A stretch of 36,740 nt of DNA from an uncultured Candidatus Saccharibacteria bacterium (GTDB lineage Bacteria > Patescibacteriota > Minisyncoccia > JAHISW01 > Tagabacteraceae): assembly GCA_964590835.1 (NCBI GenBank), contig CAZPYD010000001.1:1-36740 (forward strand), read 5' to 3'. Each line of letters opens with the position of its first letter. The first letter of the stretch is position 1. Position numbers and translations under genes: made by a program. The notes beneath the pieces were generated by a model, which was given only the letters and a program-made list of their open reading frames with translations, had not been told where the DNA came from and did not search any database. Of this stretch, positions 33,620 to 36,740 are shown in pieces.

Positions 33620-34744
33620 TTAACTATTATTCGTCACAAAATCTTCTACTGCACGCATAGTCTGAAAAGCCTGAGTCTTTTTGTCTTGGCCGTTGTTAAA
33701 ATATTGATTAAAATCAGCTTCGCCAATAAATGCAGTGGCTCGCTTGAGGTCTTTGGATGCTTGAATAAATAAATCTGCAGAATCTTTTATTTCATTTACT
33801 CTCCCCTCAAAACCTACTGGAGTCCTATTTACTCGCAAATCTTCTGCCTTTTCATAAACCTCACTTAACAAAACTTCTGCATTGTCTATATAAGAAAAAG
33901 CTGCAACATCATTTGATTTGTTTATTTCATCAATGGCAGAATTGAGATAAGTATTACTCTTTTTAAGCATGCTCACATATACCCCCACCTCGTTTACAAA
34001 CTTAGCAAGCTGCTCTTGCTGAGCTTTTAATTCCAACTCTCTTGCTCTTCTCTGCTCTTCTTCTATTTGAGCCTGGTTTTGGGTTATTTGCTCTTGAGAT
34101 GTTTTCAATAATTCTTTTGTAGAATTTAAAGCTTGTTCTGTTTGATTCTTTTGAGAAACTGTCTGTTGAAGCTGAGACTCTACAGTACTTTTTTCTCTTT
34201 CTACTCGACTCTTGGCCTGTTCTACTGATTTTATATTTTGCTTAAGACCAGAGATTTCGTTAGCTATTTCTTTTTCAGAAGAATCCACAAGCTGGCTAGC
34301 CTGCCTATATAGCTCGAGTGCTTCATTATAAAATTTAAACTCTTGGTCAAAAACAAACTCACTACTATTAAGTAAAACCTCCACACTAAACCAATCTTCT
34401 TTTTCAGCAGCTTCAAAAGCCTTTAAGTAACTTTCTTCAGCAAACAAAAACCCTCGGGTTCTATCTACCTGTGATGCGATATCTATATTTTCCGGATTTG
34501 TTTCTTTTAATTTATTATACAAAACCAAGGCAGCTGTATAGTTACCCCCTTCTAATTCTGTGCTGGCTGTTTTTTCCATTTTTTGAAAACTATATCTTTG
34601 AGCTAAGCCAGTAGCATATATAGCAATAGCAATAATAGCAACAAAAAGTACTATCATTACAACAACATCCTTTATGGGCCACCTATGACCTTCTTCTGTT
34701 GTTTCTTCAGCGGGTTTTATGTCGTTTATTTTTTCTATATCCAT
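33620..34744 (-). CDS. Single-TM coiled-coil protein with TPR-like segment
   Basis: N-terminal TM, GNY..AL..Y motif, long Q/E-rich heptad region. Confidence 0.75.
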   Translation of the reverse strand: MDIEKINDIKPAEETTEEGHRWPIKDVVVMIVLFVAIIAIAIYATGLAQRYSFQKMEKTASTELEGGNYTAALVLYNKLKETNPENIDIASQVDRTRGFLFAEESYLKAFEAAEKEDWFSVEVLLNSSEFVFDQEFKFYNEALELYRQASQLVDSSEKEIANEISGLKQNIKSVEQAKSRVEREKSTVESQLQQTVSQKNQTEQALNSTKELLKTSQEQITQNQAQIEEEQRRARELELKAQQEQLAKFVNEVGVYVSMLKKSNTYLNSAIDEINKSNDVAAFSYIDNAEVLLSEVYEKAEDLRVNRTPVGFEGRVNEIKDSADLFIQASKDLKRATAFIGEADFNQYFNNGQDKKTQAFQTMRAVEDFVTNNS

Positions 34745-34803
34745 ATTTCTATATCTTTATTATATCAAATATAGAAAAAACAAAAAACTAAACTGTGTAT
34801 AAA

Positions 34804-36090
34804 TTACTGTTGTGTAGCACTTTCACCAGCCAAACGACCGGTACTCCAGCATATTTGCAAATTATATCCGCCGGTTGGTCCATCTATATCAATTACCTCC
34901 CCGGCAAAATATAAATTATCTATTAGTTTTGACTTCATTGTATTAGGGTCTATCTCGCTTAGCTTAACTCCGCCAGATGTCACAATCGCCTTTCTATAGC
35001 CAGTTAGTTTTTTCACTCTTATCTCAAATTCTTTCATGAGGTGAACGAGTCTGTTTCTTTCTTCTTTAGTAATGTCGCTTACTTTTTTGGCAGAAGGAAT
35101 ACCTGAAAGCTCTATAACAAGAGGGATGAGTTTTTTAGGCAGTAGTTTATCTAAAATATTCCTGTACATTTTTTTACTCCCCTCTTCAAAATCTCGCTGA
35201 ATTCTTTTATCCAATTTTTCAAAACTAAGCGCTGGCTTAAAATCAATTTTTATTTTTATGGCGCCCGGAAAAGCTTTGCCGATGTTTTTACTCATATCTA
35301 AAATAATCGGCCCACTCATGCCGTCGGCAGTAAATAGAGCCTCACCAAACCTGGAGTCTATTTTTTTATCGTTTTTCCAAACACTAATTTCAACATTTTT
35401 TAGACTTAGCCCTTCAAGCTGCTTAGTCCAAAGCTTTTCTTCTGTAATAACTGGAGTCAGTGCCGGCGCAAGATCTTCTATGGTGTGCCCCATTTTCTTA
35501 GCCCAAACATAACCCTCGCCGGTAGAACCAGTAAATGAGTAAGATTTGCCACCTGTACATATTATGTATTTACCCGCCTTTATTTTCCGCCCATTTGCAA
35601 GAACAAGTTTTTCTATTTTGCCGTCTTTTTCACCTTGACCTTGCCCCGCCTGGCGGGGTAAAGCGGGGTAAACAAACCTTTTTACCTTGGCATCCAGCTC
35701 CAGGGCTACTTTATTTTTTTTCAAATATCTTTTTAGCGCATTTAAAACATGAAGTGAGTTATCACTCGCAGGGAAAACTCTATTCCCTCTTTCTGTTTTT
35801 GTTTTTACACTTCTTTCATTAAAAAATCTGATGGTCTCTTTTGGGCCAAATTTAAAAAATGACGACAAAAGAAATTTGCCGTTTTTGCCATAAACCTGGA
35901 CCATCTCTCGCACATCTTCTGTGTCGTTTGTAATATTGCAACGCCCTTTGCCTGTTAACAAAAGCTTGTTGCCAAGAGTATTGTTTTTTTCTATCAAAAC
36001 AACGCGCGCGCCAAGCTCAGCCGCTCTACCCGCGGCCATCAACCCGGCAGGTCCACCACCAATTACTGCTATGTCATAATCTTCGTTCAT
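34804..36090 (-). CDS. HI0933/BaiN-family FAD-dependent oxidoreductase
   Basis: IGGGPAGLMAA, KLLLTGKGRCNITN, GRVFP-like NRVFP, TGGKSY..TGSTGEGY, VTSGGV, AGEV.D.DGPTGGYNLQ. Confidence 0.95.
   Translation of the reverse strand: MNEDYDIAVIGGGPAGLMAAGRAAELGARVVLIEKNNTLGNKLLLTGKGRCNITNDTEDVREMVQVYGKNGKFLLSSFFKFGPKETIRFFNERSVKTKTERGNRVFPASDNSLHVLNALKRYLKKNKVALELDAKVKRFVYPALPRQAGQGQGEKDGKIEKLVLANGRKIKAGKYIICTGGKSYSFTGSTGEGYVWAKKMGHTIEDLAPALTPVITEEKLWTKQLEGLSLKNVEISVWKNDKKIDSRFGEALFTADGMSGPIILDMSKNIGKAFPGAIKIKIDFKPALSFEKLDKRIQRDFEEGSKKMYRNILDKLLPKKLIPLVIELSGIPSAKKVSDITKEERNRLVHLMKEFEIRVKKLTGYRKAIVTSGGVKLSEIDPNTMKSKLIDNLYFAGEVIDIDGPTGGYNLQICWSTGRLAGESATQQ
35641..35672. repeat. Palindromic in-frame insertion in the HI0933 gene (YPALPRQAGQG)
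   Basis: TTGCCCCGC-CTG-GCGGGGTAA plus a second GCGGGGTAAA. Confidence 0.7.
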
Positions 36091-36124
36091 ATCTTGTAAT
36101 TTAATAAATATATAAAAAGAAAAA

Positions 36125-36200
36125 AGGCGAGATATGTGTTTTTCGTTAAGCGGAACGACTATAATTTTCTATTCTTGGATGCAAAGAGAGAAAAGGGGGT
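36125..36200. repeat. Truncated copy 3 (right half) of the ~220-bp foldback element
   Basis: GAGATATGTGTTTTTCGTTAAGCGGAACGACTATAATTTTCTATTCTTGGATGCAAAGAGAGAAAAGGG matches copies 1 and 2. Confidence 0.88.
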
Positions 36201-36250
36201 TTGTGAGGTTGAAGGAGTTTAAGTTTGTTTATTTTAATAACACCTAAATA

Positions 36251-36740
36251 TTATACCTCTCCTTGGCGCTTCACCCTAATTCTTTCTACCTCTGTAAGGT
36301 ATTTTTTGCGAAGGCGAACATTTTTAGGGGTTACTTCCAAATATTCGTCATCTGCCATAATCTCCAACCCGCTTTCGATAGTAATCGGAGTTGGCGGTGT
36401 TAGCGTGATATTTTCGTCAGAGCCACTCGCACGCATGTTTGTCAGCTGCTTACCTTTTGTGGGGTTTACTTTCATTTCTTCACCTTTAGCTGTATTCCCA
36501 ACCACCATACCTTCATATACTTCTGTGTTTGCACCAATATACAAAGTACCTCTAGTTTGTAAATTCGCCAAAGAAAACCCAAGGGCTTTCCCTGTAGCCA
36601 TAGATGTCATAGAGCCCACCTGGCGCTTTTTCACTTCACCAGCATAAGGTTTAAACCCAATTACTCTACTTGCAAAAATACCTTCACCTTTTGTATCTAC
36701 CACAAACTGTCCACGATAGCCCAAGAGTCCACGAGTAGGC
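36251..36740 (-). CDS. typA: Translational GTPase TypA/BipA, C-terminal part (gene starts outside window)
   Basis: VYEGMVVG, VNPTKGKQLTNMRASGSD, DDEYLEVTPKNVRLRK. Confidence 0.95.
   Translation of the reverse strand, partial: PTRGLLGYRGQFVVDTKGEGIFASRVIGFKPYAGEVKKRQVGSMTSMATGKALGFSLANLQTRGTLYIGANTEVYEGMVVGNTAKGEEMKVNPTKGKQLTNMRASGSDENITLTPPTPITIESGLEIMADDEYLEVTPKNVRLRKKYLTEVERIRVKRQGEV

Noticed and set aside
582-36647. Many antisense or nested ORFs in the track (e.g. 1576, 4202, 8159, 9198, 17089, 26064, 33011, 36225)
   Set aside because: Shadows of well-supported genes on the opposite strand or in another frame

Overview
AT-rich bacterial chromosome segment using genetic code 11. Gene content (short DnaX, CxxC-x17-CxxC protein, tandem GT39/PMT glycosyltransferases, mostly SD-less housekeeping genes) suggests Patescibacteria/CPR, probably Parcubacteria; this assignment is inference. 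Housekeeping genes are tgt, dnaX, serS, dprA, topA, parB, an in-frame miaB-miaA fusion, an ftsQ-like gene, partial typA, tRNA-Gln(UUG) and tRNA-Leu(CAA). The most notable non-routine signals are: (1) a RAYT/Y1 HUH transposase bracketed by two identical REP hairpins, with a near-identical hairpin inside miaA and other short palindromes inserted in frame in tgt, miaB, topA and other genes; (2) an abrupt C-rich to G-rich switch centred on these hairpins; (3) a ~220-bp foldback element present three times, one copy carrying an extra 20-bp palindrome; (4) two apparent expression classes, with leaderless-looking conserved genes versus stand-alone ORFan 'cassettes' that have a full sigma70 promoter, a boxA-like leader, a strong SD and a terminator, including a 43-nt leader shared by two unrelated genes; (5) ATACTAAT-unit foldbacks directly upstream of both topA and parB. 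All family assignments come from motif recognition by eye; no database searches were run.
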